A DNA stretch of 64,000 nt, taken from assembly GCA_021414205.1 (NCBI GenBank), contig JAIOOW010000002.1:404171-468170 (forward strand). The letters run 5' to 3'. Source of the stretch: Candidatus Anderseniibacteriota bacterium (GTDB taxonomy: Bacteria; Patescibacteriota; Andersenbacteria; UBA10190). Shown here one piece after another: positions 20,015-28,723 of the stretch. Below the pieces are notes generated by a model. That model had not been told where the DNA came from. It saw only the letters and a program-made list of their open reading frames with translations, and ran no database searches. The first letter of the stretch is position 1. Every line of letters starts with the position of its first letter. The position numbers were made by a program, and so were the translations under genes.

Positions 20015-20788
20015 CTACTTTCCTTTTTTCGCTGCCAATTTTTTCTGAAGATCGGCATACGAGCTATATAGCTCTATTTCGGCACGAACTTTTTTCTGAA
20101 TTGCTGCTGGAGTGATTGGAAAACCAGACAAGCTTTGCGTAATGCGTTTTATTACAGCAGCTTCCGTATTAGGATCACTCAGCTTTTTCTGAATATCTTC
20201 CCACGCCTTTGAGGGAAGCATTGCGCCTGCGTTCACTCGCGAAACGGCAAATTTATAATCAGGATACTCTTCAATGACGGATTTTTTCGCTTCTCGATCA
20301 AGTGCAACGTCCGTAAAGCCACTAACAATTTGCTCTGCCGTTAACCCCGGCTTGCGCAGCTCCTTGAAACGATTATGTTTTTCTTGGAATTGCGCCGCCA
20401 AGCCACGAGCATCTTTTTTAGAGAGGCGACTTGCGTCTTTAATAACCTTAATTTTCTCAGCATCAATTTCCTTCTCAACCCCCTGAGCATATTTTACTAC
20501 TGCATGATCCCCGCCGAGTTTTCCTTTCATCATAGTAATAACCGTACCAATATTCATTCCTGGGCCATAGACTGCTGGCAAAAATTCTGTCGCCATAAAA
20601 CTCTCGTCTACTATATCAGCACGAGGTTCTTGAGCATGGGCTTTTTCTATTTCAGCTCCTACTGCAAGCGCCCCCGCTCCAGCTGCAGCGTTTTTCAAAA
20701 ACTCTCTACGATCCAATGTATTTCCAGAATTATTTTCTTCTGCGGATTTTTCCGGAATCATTCTTGAACCAAAGCTTTCCATTCCCAT
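20015..20788 (-). CDS. Hypothetical protein with twin-arginine signal-like motif
   Basis: DRREFLK, hydrophobic h-region, AHA cleavage-like site. Confidence 0.75.
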   Translation of the reverse strand: MGMESFGSRMIPEKSAEENNSGNTLDRREFLKNAAAGAGALAVGAEIEKAHAQEPRADIVDESFMATEFLPAVYGPGMNIGTVITMMKGKLGGDHAVVKYAQGVEKEIDAEKIKVIKDASRLSKKDARGLAAQFQEKHNRFKELRKPGLTAEQIVSGFTDVALDREAKKSVIEEYPDYKFAVSRVNAGAMLPSKAWEDIQKKLSDPNTEAAVIKRITQSLSGFPITPAAIQKKVRAEIELYSSYADLQKKLAAKKGK

Positions 20789-20815
20789 ATGCAATTATAT
20801 TATTACAGATAAAAG

Positions 20816-23134
20816 CTACTTCTTTACGTCGTGCCCGCCAAATTGATTACGAAGCGCAGACACAATTTGACCGGTATAGCTTGGCGCATCTTCAGAATCA
20901 ATTCTGAATTGCAACGCAGCCTGAATCACCGGAGCTGGAATACCAAGCTCTTTTGCAGCATCCACCGTCCAATCACCCTCTCCACTATGTGCAACAGTTC
21001 CAGAAATATCTTGTAACTCAGTGCCGTGCATTCGATATGCCTCCTTCAGCCAATGCACAAGGCGGGATTCGATAACACTACCGCTGTTATATACGTGGGC
21101 AATTTTCTCAAGATCTAATTCTCCCCGCCACTCTTTGAGAACAGCAAACCCTTCTGCAATTGCCTGCATCATCCCGTATTCAATGCCATTATGGACCATC
21201 TTGACAAAATGCCCGGCCCCAGACTCTCCCATGTATTCGTATCCGCCAGCAATAGATAAGTCAGAGAATAGACCGACCAGCTCTTTGTATACCGCCTTAT
21301 CTCCGCCAATCATTAAACAAGCCCCCATGCGAGCCCCAGAAGGCCCCCCGCTCACCCCAACATCGAGATAGCTCACCCCAATCTTCGCCAACTCCTCAGC
21401 GCGACGAATCGAATCTTTATAGAATGAATTTCCGCCGTCTATTACAACATCGCCTTGCTTTAAAGTTGCCGACAATTCCTTAATTACATCATCAACAACG
21501 GGATGCGGGACCATAAGCCAGTAGATGCGCCCAGACAATGAAGATATAGCGCTCACTACGGAAGCACCCCTTTCTTCTACTTGCTTGCGCGCGCCTTCAT
21601 TTGGATCATATGCCGTAACTGACCAACCGTAATCCAATAATCGCTCCACCATATTTGAACCCATCTTTCCGAGGCCAATATATGCAATTTCCTTCTTTGG
21701 GATTTTTGGCTGCGGATCCAAATCACTAATCGCGTGAGCTTCCGATCCTTTCGGATATGAAATAAGCGGAATGGCATCACGCTGCCACGCCGAAATAATC
21801 GGGTCGATAAATTTCCAGCTTGCCGTTATCTCTTCAGTTGAAACAAACGATGTCTGATTACCCTCAATAGCATCGCGCAATAGCTTTGCATACGCGTCTA
21901 AAAATTCGCTTCCCGAGAAAGCGCTTTCATAGTCAAACGAAAAATCTCGCTCTTCTACAACCATCTCTCCGCCTGGCTTCTTCGCCCAAAACGACATAGA
22001 GATACGCTCCTCCGGCTGTACTTGATATCGTAAAATGTTTGTAAAATGTGTATCTGATGGACACAAGCACGGCGTCTGGTGGCGGAATTTCACCACTACT
22101 TCAACCTTCGCATCATCCATCCCCTTTCCACTTCGTAAAAATATTGGAACACCCCTCCACTGAGGGAGGTTCAATTTTGCCTCCAGTTGAAAATATGTTT
22201 CCGTTTGCGACCCACTCGCAACGCCATCTTCTTTTGCATACCCATCATACTGACCGCGCAATGTATATCGGGCAATATCTTGCGCATCCATTGTCTCAAG
22301 GGCTTCCAACACTTTTGCACGCGCATTGCGGATAGAATCTGCATCAAACGCTCCCGGGTTCTGCATAGTAAAGAGCGCAAGCAACTGCAACATATGGTTC
22401 TGCCCAACATCCCGCAAAGCACCTACCCCGTCATAAAATGCTCCGCGCCCCTCAACATCTATTTTTTCATACAAATGAATATGAATGCTATCGATAGAGC
22501 GAGCATCCCATGCTGGTTCTAAAAATACATTTGAAAATCGAAATGCTAAGATATTCTGCACCGTATCCTTACCTAAATAATGATCGATTCTATACACCTG
22601 CTCTTCTTTAAATAACTTTCCGAGCAATTCATCAAGCGCTTGCGCCGTTGCCAAGTCTTTTCCGAACGGCTTCTCAACAATCACGCGCGTCCATCCCTCA
22701 TCGCCACCACAAGGAATCGTAAGCCCAGAATCCGCGAGCTGCTGCAGGATCTCCTCGTAATATTCAGGCGGAACTGCCAAATGAAATAATTTATTTGCGC
22801 ACGTATGCCATTGCCCATCTTGCTTACCGAGTAGTGCTGCCAACTTTTCATAGCCATCTTTTTCAGCAAAATTACCCGTGCAATATGAAAATATCCTAGA
22901 AAAGCTATTCACTTTTTCTTCATCTGCGCCCTGCTCCCGGAGCACTTCTGCGACGTATTGCTGGAACGATTCATCAGAAAATTCCCTACGGGCAAACGCC
23001 ACAATATGCATTAATTCCGGCAAATTACCGTCGGAATATAGCCTAAATAAAGCGGGAATTAGCTTTCTCTTGGTTAAATCGCCCGTAGCGCCAAATATGG
23101 TTAAAATCGTTGGAAGGGTGGGGGGTTTTTGCAT
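20816..23134 (-). CDS. zwf-gnd: Fused glucose-6-phosphate dehydrogenase / 6-phosphogluconate dehydrogenase
   Basis: N-terminal GATGDL, EKPFG, RIDHYLGK; C-terminal IGLGKMG, DGGNS, VSGG, VKMVHNGIEYG, LRNQFGGH; one uninterrupted ORF. Confidence 0.93.
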   Translation of the reverse strand: MQKPPTLPTILTIFGATGDLTKRKLIPALFRLYSDGNLPELMHIVAFARREFSDESFQQYVAEVLREQGADEEKVNSFSRIFSYCTGNFAEKDGYEKLAALLGKQDGQWHTCANKLFHLAVPPEYYEEILQQLADSGLTIPCGGDEGWTRVIVEKPFGKDLATAQALDELLGKLFKEEQVYRIDHYLGKDTVQNILAFRFSNVFLEPAWDARSIDSIHIHLYEKIDVEGRGAFYDGVGALRDVGQNHMLQLLALFTMQNPGAFDADSIRNARAKVLEALETMDAQDIARYTLRGQYDGYAKEDGVASGSQTETYFQLEAKLNLPQWRGVPIFLRSGKGMDDAKVEVVVKFRHQTPCLCPSDTHFTNILRYQVQPEERISMSFWAKKPGGEMVVEERDFSFDYESAFSGSEFLDAYAKLLRDAIEGNQTSFVSTEEITASWKFIDPIISAWQRDAIPLISYPKGSEAHAISDLDPQPKIPKKEIAYIGLGKMGSNMVERLLDYGWSVTAYDPNEGARKQVEERGASVVSAISSLSGRIYWLMVPHPVVDDVIKELSATLKQGDVVIDGGNSFYKDSIRRAEELAKIGVSYLDVGVSGGPSGARMGACLMIGGDKAVYKELVGLFSDLSIAGGYEYMGESGAGHFVKMVHNGIEYGMMQAIAEGFAVLKEWRGELDLEKIAHVYNSGSVIESRLVHWLKEAYRMHGTELQDISGTVAHSGEGDWTVDAAKELGIPAPVIQAALQFRIDSEDAPSYTGQIVSALRNQFGGHDVKK

Positions 23135-23156
23135 AAAGGCATTGTACACCGTTTTT

Positions 23157-23915
23157 TCACTTACCCAATATGCGCAATATTCTTACCCCTAACGCCTGCC
23201 ACCATGGAGCAATATAGCGCAATTTAGGATTTTTCGATTCTGCGGCACGAACGATACAGCGGACAATTGACGTTGTTGACTGTGCTTCTAGAAGTTTAAA
23301 AAATGCTTCCAGTCGCTCTCGAACTGCTCCCTGCTGGCTTGCAATCATGCGCTGATTAAAGCCAGTATGATATGCGCCGGGCTCCACGAGGGAAACATGA
23401 ACCCCTGTACCAAGTATCCGCATCTCGCCTCGCAACGCTTCTGCCCCGCCCGAAAGCGCAAATTTCGTCATAGCATACGGCGCCAAAAATGGCATCATAA
23501 CTCTGCCTGCGGTTGAGCTGATAAACACAACAGTACCGGATCTGCGCTGCGCCATATTCGAAAGAGCGATTTGCGTGAGCTCAAGAGACGAGAACAGATT
23601 TGTTTCAAAAATGCTTCTGACAGTATTCATATTAACAGTCGCAAGACTGCCAGATTCCCCGATTGCTGCATTATTAATCAGCACATCAATATCAGGATAC
23701 TTTTTCAAAAGCTCGCGATCTTCCGGAATTGCAATGTCCAGCTTAAAACTATCCAGCACAAGATTGTTTTTCGCAGCCTCTTGGGCAAGAGCGTCAGATT
23801 GTTCTTGGGTATGCGTCGTTGCAATTACCCGGTGTCCGCGGCGCGCTAGTGCGAATGCAGACTCTTTGCCGATACCGGAGCCTGCACCCGTAATGAGAAT
23901 TGTTTTATGCGCCAT
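23157..23915 (-). CDS. Short-chain dehydrogenase/reductase
   Basis: TGAGSGIG, NNAA, YxxxK (YAMTK). Confidence 0.92.
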   Translation of the reverse strand: MAHKTILITGAGSGIGKESAFALARRGHRVIATTHTQEQSDALAQEAAKNNLVLDSFKLDIAIPEDRELLKKYPDIDVLINNAAIGESGSLATVNMNTVRSIFETNLFSSLELTQIALSNMAQRRSGTVVFISSTAGRVMMPFLAPYAMTKFALSGGAEALRGEMRILGTGVHVSLVEPGAYHTGFNQRMIASQQGAVRERLEAFFKLLEAQSTTSIVRCIVRAAESKNPKLRYIAPWWQALGVRILRILGK

Positions 23916-23921
23916 GTATGG

Positions 23922-24644
23922 CTATCGAATCTCGTACGTAACCGATACGGTCGTTGTTGTTTCTTGTGTGCCTACAGGAACTTCTGGGGTTGTCGGCACT
24001 CCGCCGCCAATGCCAAGCTTAGAATCCATTGCGTATGGGATAGGGCGAGGATTATTAGAATCCACAGAATACGTCTTCACCTTTCCTAGATGAACATGCA
24101 AAGAGCCTGCAATCGCTTCTGCCTTTTTCTGGGCGTTCGCAATAGCGTCTTGTTCGGCAGACACATCAGCCACAGACTGGTCATCGCTCGTGAATGAAAC
24201 TCCCCCCACTTGGTTTGCACCAGCCCCTGTTGCTTTCGCAATCACGTCACCAGATTTTTTCGTATCCCTAATTGTCACATCGATTTGCTGAGTCGCATCA
24301 AACCCCTTCGGTGTTTGCGCTCCGTTCGTGTAATCATATGCGGGATTTACTGAAATTCCCTGCGTTGCAATATCCTTATCTTCGATGCCAAGCGCACGCA
24401 CAGATGCCAATACTGCATTTATTTTTTTCGCCATCTGATCTGTCGCGTCTTGCGCCGATGATGCGCTTGAAATATTCACGCCAAGTGTTACATGCGCGAT
24501 ATTTGGAACTTGCTTCGAAGTTCCCATTCCCTGAACAGTAATTGAGCGGTCAGCATTCCGAACAGGATCGGAAACAATATATTGACCAGCTATAAAACTT
24601 ACTCCTACGATGCCCGCTACGATATATAAAGATGTGGTGTTCAT
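23922..24644 (-). CDS. SIMPL domain (DUF541) protein
   Basis: ITVQG.G...P..A...LGV, GI..KDI.T, GANQVGGVSF, A..KA..IA. Confidence 0.88.
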   Translation of the reverse strand: MNTTSLYIVAGIVGVSFIAGQYIVSDPVRNADRSITVQGMGTSKQVPNIAHVTLGVNISSASSAQDATDQMAKKINAVLASVRALGIEDKDIATQGISVNPAYDYTNGAQTPKGFDATQQIDVTIRDTKKSGDVIAKATGAGANQVGGVSFTSDDQSVADVSAEQDAIANAQKKAEAIAGSLHVHLGKVKTYSVDSNNPRPIPYAMDSKLGIGGGVPTTPEVPVGTQETTTTVSVTYEIR

Positions 24645-24664
24645 GAAGACAAGTATATCACGCC

Positions 24665-25048
24665 TTACCGGCACTTCGCACAAATGCCTTCAAGTTCTAT
24701 GGAATGATGCTTGGTGATAAACCCCGTTTTCTTTCGAATCTTTTCATCATCATAATTCACGTCGGCATCTTCCAAGTCTTGTACAGCTCCGCATATCTGG
24801 CACGTAATGTGGTGGTGGTGTGGCATTCCAGCCCATTCATAGCGGCTTCCACGCTCTCGCCAATCAACAGCATGAATTTTATTTTCTTGCTCTAAGCGCA
24901 TAACAGTACGAAATACCGTAGAATACGCCGTTTCAGGGTACGTTTTCTGCACTTGACGAAACACTTCTCGAATAGAGATTGGTTCTGCCGTAATAGTAAA
25001 TACATGCTCTATAAAGATCTTTTTCTTTGTATTGCGCGTTGTTGACAT
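24665..25048 (-). CDS. Fur-family regulator, probably Zur
   Basis: STVFRT, HHHITCQICG, GICAKC; divergent from znuACB. Confidence 0.9.
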   Translation of the reverse strand: MSTTRNTKKKIFIEHVFTITAEPISIREVFRQVQKTYPETAYSTVFRTVMRLEQENKIHAVDWRERGSRYEWAGMPHHHHITCQICGAVQDLEDADVNYDDEKIRKKTGFITKHHSIELEGICAKCR

Positions 25049-25077
25049 ATGCGCACTATAGCACTAAGTATCATTAT

Positions 25078-25092
25078 TGCAAGTTAATTGCA
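25078..25092. promoter_or_regulatory. Candidate Zur operator
   Basis: Palindrome TGCAA-GTTAA-TTGCA in the 73-bp divergent intergenic region. Confidence 0.6.
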
Positions 25093-25121
25093 TTTAAGAA
25101 AAAAGGGGCTACGATAACACT

Positions 25122-26045
25122 ATGGACAAAAAATTGATTAGTTTTGGCATTATCCTACTGGCACTAGTTGGCATTGGTACGCTTCTCGTGCCTCGCTCAA
25201 AAAACACACCCACAACCCAATCCCCCAAGCTGCAGATTATTGCCAGTTTTTACCCAATGGCCTTTTTTGCAGAGCAGATTGCGGGAGATAATGCGAACGT
25301 TACGAACGTAACTCCGGCCGGCGCAGAACCTCATGACTATGAACCGTCCACTCAAGACATCGCTCAAATGGAGCATGCAAGTCTTATTATCCTTAATGGC
25401 AATGTTGAACCATGGGGAGATAAAATCAAGACGAACTTAAAAAACAGCTCTATAAAAATTATTACAGCAGGCGAAGGACTTGCAACACGAACACTCACTG
25501 AAAATGACATCACAAGCGCAGATCCGCACGTATGGCTCGATCCGGTATTAGCAAAACAAGAGGTGCGGAAGATTTCGGATGCAATTATTCAAATCGATCC
25601 TGCAAATAAAAATTTGTACACAACAAACACTAATGCAGTATTGCAAAAATTAGACCAGCTCGACAACACATACAAAACTGGCCTCGCATCATGCACAACT
25701 AAAGATATCATCACATCCCATGCCGCATTCGGATATTTGGCACAACAATACGGCCTAAATCAACTGGCTATTGCGGGCTTATCTCCGGATGAAGAACCAT
25801 CTGCGCAAGCATTGATTGCAACGGCAAAATTTGTACAAGAACACAATGTTAAATATATATTTTTCGAAAGCCTGGTATCCCCAAAACTATCTCAAACTAT
25901 TGCAAATGAAACGGGCGCACAAACACTAGAGCTAAATCCGCTCGAAGGGCTAACGAAAGATCAGCAACAACAAGGCGAGGATTATTTTACTGTCATGTAC
26001 AATAATCTGCATAACCTCCAAACAGCGCTCTCATGCACAATGTAA
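25122..26045 (+). CDS. znuA: Zinc ABC transporter substrate-binding protein
   Basis: EPHDYEP, DPHVWLDP, SHAAFGYL. Confidence 0.9.
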   Translation: MDKKLISFGIILLALVGIGTLLVPRSKNTPTTQSPKLQIIASFYPMAFFAEQIAGDNANVTNVTPAGAEPHDYEPSTQDIAQMEHASLIILNGNVEPWGDKIKTNLKNSSIKIITAGEGLATRTLTENDITSADPHVWLDPVLAKQEVRKISDAIIQIDPANKNLYTTNTNAVLQKLDQLDNTYKTGLASCTTKDIITSHAAFGYLAQQYGLNQLAIAGLSPDEEPSAQALIATAKFVQEHNVKYIFFESLVSPKLSQTIANETGAQTLELNPLEGLTKDQQQQGEDYFTVMYNNLHNLQTALSCTM

Positions 26046-26734
26046 ACCACAAAGAGAATATCATAGAATGTATTGATGTTTCTTTTTCATACGGATCCGA
26101 AAACGTAATTCAAGATATCTACCTTGCAGTGCATCGCGGAGATTACTTGGGAATCGCGGGGCCGAATGGCGGCGGAAAAACGACACTGCTCAAAATCATG
26201 CTAGGCCTGCTCACCCCACAATCCGGAAGCGTGAAATTGTTCGGAACGGATATTAGGAATTTTAAAGATTGGCACAAAATCGGCTACGTTCCTCAAAAGG
26301 CAACCAGCTTCGATGTTAACTTCCCTGCAACGGTGTTCGAGGTTGTATTAATGGGCACATACGGCAAACGCGGCATCGGCCGCCCAACAACGAAAGAAGA
26401 TAAAACATCCGCCCTAGAAGCTTTGAAAAAAGTGGAAATGGACGGCTTCGCCAATCGCCTTATTGGGGATTTATCTGGGGGCCAGCAGCAGCGCGTATTT
26501 ATTGCGCGAGCGCTCGTCAGCAATCCTGAAGTTATCTTTCTTGATGAGCCGACAACGGGCGTAGATGAAGCGGCGCAAAAAGAATTCTATGCGCTCCTGC
26601 AGACACTCAACAGAACATACGACGTAACGCTCGTATTTATTTCTCATGACCATACCGCGCTTGCGCGCGAAGCCACGGAAATTGCGACGATCCATAAAAC
26701 ACTTACCTACGAAGTAAACACACATCATGATTGA
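26033..26734 (+). CDS. znuC: Zinc ABC transporter ATPase
   Basis: GPNGGGKTT, IGYVPQ, LSGGQQQRV, LDEP. Confidence 0.9.
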   Translation: MHNVNHKENIIECIDVSFSYGSENVIQDIYLAVHRGDYLGIAGPNGGGKTTLLKIMLGLLTPQSGSVKLFGTDIRNFKDWHKIGYVPQKATSFDVNFPATVFEVVLMGTYGKRGIGRPTTKEDKTSALEALKKVEMDGFANRLIGDLSGGQQQRVFIARALVSNPEVIFLDEPTTGVDEAAQKEFYALLQTLNRTYDVTLVFISHDHTALAREATEIATIHKTLTYEVNTHHD

Positions 26735-27557
26735 ATTATTACAATATAGCTTTGTAGTCCGAGGTCTTATTGCGGGCATCATTATTGCAATCATCGCTCC
26801 ATTCATCGGCATATTCTTAGTCTTGCGCAGATACTCCCTGATCGCAGACACGTTATCGCACGTGTCGTTTGCTGGTATTGCAATCGGCTTTTTATTTGGT
26901 ATTAATCCGATCATTACCGCGATTATCGCATCCGTAGTATCCAGCATCGCGATTGAACGGCTTCGCATTAGCAAAAAAGTATATGGCGAATCAGCATTAT
27001 CGCTCTTTTTATCAGGCAGCCTTGCAATTGCCATTGTCTTAATCAGTTTCTATCACGGGTTTAATACGAATCTCACAAACTACTTATTCGGGAGCATCGT
27101 TACCGTCCAGCAGTCTGACTTATTCATGATAGCGGGAGTAAGCGTAGTGGTACTACTTCTCCTTATCGGCTTCTACAAAGAATTAATATATATTTCGTTC
27201 GACGAGGACTCAGCGCTCGTGAGCGGAATCCCGGTTCGCCTCATCAATATTATTTTAATTATTTTATCCGCTCTCGTAGTTGCGCTTTCCATCCCAATTA
27301 TCGGCATATTGCTCATATCTGCGTTAATAGTCATCCCCGTTCTCACCGCTCTTCAGTTCAGAAAAAGTTTTCAAGCTACACTTATCATCGCCGAAGCAGT
27401 CTCTTTACTATCCGTCATAGCAGGGATCGTCATATCGTTTTATCTCAACCTATCTACGGGCGGAACAATCGTCCTGATTGCCTTAGCATGTTTTATACTA
27501 GCGTTTTTCCTCAATTCTTTTCAGTCCAGCTCGAAAACTGTCCGCGTAGCTCCTTAA
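26727..27557 (+). CDS. znuB: Zinc ABC transporter permease
   Basis: DTLSHVSFAG, YLFGSI, multiple TM segments. Confidence 0.9.
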   Translation: MIELLQYSFVVRGLIAGIIIAIIAPFIGIFLVLRRYSLIADTLSHVSFAGIAIGFLFGINPIITAIIASVVSSIAIERLRISKKVYGESALSLFLSGSLAIAIVLISFYHGFNTNLTNYLFGSIVTVQQSDLFMIAGVSVVVLLLLIGFYKELIYISFDEDSALVSGIPVRLINIILIILSALVVALSIPIIGILLISALIVIPVLTALQFRKSFQATLIIAEAVSLLSVIAGIVISFYLNLSTGGTIVLIALACFILAFFLNSFQSSSKTVRVAP

Positions 27558-28140
27558 TTTGCTCAGGCTTCAGCTCGTTATATACCGCAAGCCAATCGTT
27601 TGCGATTTGTATTTGAGCCGAGGATAGATTGATCCGCCCCGCGCATACTTCTTGGTGAAGATAATTTTCTACCAAATCTTTTTCATGAAACCCGGGAGTG
27701 GGGGAACCTGCTTCAGGAAATAAATTCGCAATCTCATTACTCCCACCCAACTCTAACGGAATTAAATGATCCGCCTCATACGTTCCCGTTACTTGCGGAT
27801 ACGCCAACCCATATGCTGTATAAATCTTTTTCTTCGTACTAGCAGACACGTTTCGAACTTTTGCCGTATATCCAGGTACACAAATAATGTCTTTTGTAGC
27901 ATCAGGAAATATCGCCCCTGGCGTGCATTCATGGTCAGGCAACGCACCATTAATTACGCAGCGATCTTTTGAAACCGGGGAATCAAGCGCATATTTCGTA
28001 TCTGCGCTTAAAACCACCTCTTGAACACCAGTACTTACCCGAGATAACGAAGACGGCTTCGGCTGCTGTTGCTCGTAAAAACCGTAGACAAACATACCTA
28101 TCAGAAAAATCGTTACGAGAATTTTGGAGAATTGCATCAC
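27511..28140 (-). CDS. Membrane-anchored HNH-like nuclease domain protein
   Basis: N-terminal TM; CTPGA, IC.PGY, YEADHLIPLELGGSN..NLFPE, KD..EN.L...VC. Confidence 0.75.
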   Translation of the reverse strand: MMQFSKILVTIFLIGMFVYGFYEQQQPKPSSLSRVSTGVQEVVLSADTKYALDSPVSKDRCVINGALPDHECTPGAIFPDATKDIICVPGYTAKVRNVSASTKKKIYTAYGLAYPQVTGTYEADHLIPLELGGSNEIANLFPEAGSPTPGFHEKDLVENYLHQEVCAGRINLSSAQIQIANDWLAVYNELKPEQIKELRGQFSSWTEKN

Positions 28141-28200
28141 TTCTATACTATCATGCTAGCTTCATGCACTTAAGTCGGCACACATGATATAATCTACTCT

Positions 28201-28713
28201 ATGATTTCAAATAACCTTCTCGCGCAAAAAAAGTGGATTATCTGGGTAATCGTCATCCTTATTATCGCCAGCGCGCTTGGCGTTGTCGTATATAAGCTAT
28301 TGTCAGCATCTCCTGCTTCCGCTCCTCAAGTGTCCGCAACCCCTCTCGCACTACTCCCAACAAGCACGCCAATACCAACCGACACCCCCGCGCCTTCGCC
28401 GAGCAGCACCCCAGCGCCGGCATCGGTAAATATAGAAATCAGGAACGGAACACACACAGCCGGCCTGGCTCAAAAACTGAAAGACAAGCTGACCGCTGAA
28501 CACTATACCGTAAGCGCAATCGGAAATGCGAGCACCCAAGATATAGCAAAAACGATTATATACAACCTGAACGTTGCAGATGCGGATGCTGCACAAAAAA
28601 TAGCTGCTGAACTTTCCGCAAACGGCGAATCAACACTTCCAAAAAGCGAAGCTAAAAGCAGTGCCGATATCGTCATCATCCTGGGCGCAGACGCTCCTGC
28701 GATGCTCAAGTAA
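28201..28713 (+). CDS. LytR C-terminal domain protein
   Basis: TM, Pro/Thr linker, IEIRNGT..AGLA...L, GNA, DIVIILGAD. Confidence 0.85.
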   Translation: MISNNLLAQKKWIIWVIVILIIASALGVVVYKLLSASPASAPQVSATPLALLPTSTPIPTDTPAPSPSSTPAPASVNIEIRNGTHTAGLAQKLKDKLTAEHYTVSAIGNASTQDIAKTIIYNLNVADADAAQKIAAELSANGESTLPKSEAKSSADIVIILGADAPAMLK

Positions 28714-28723
28714 AGCAGCTACT

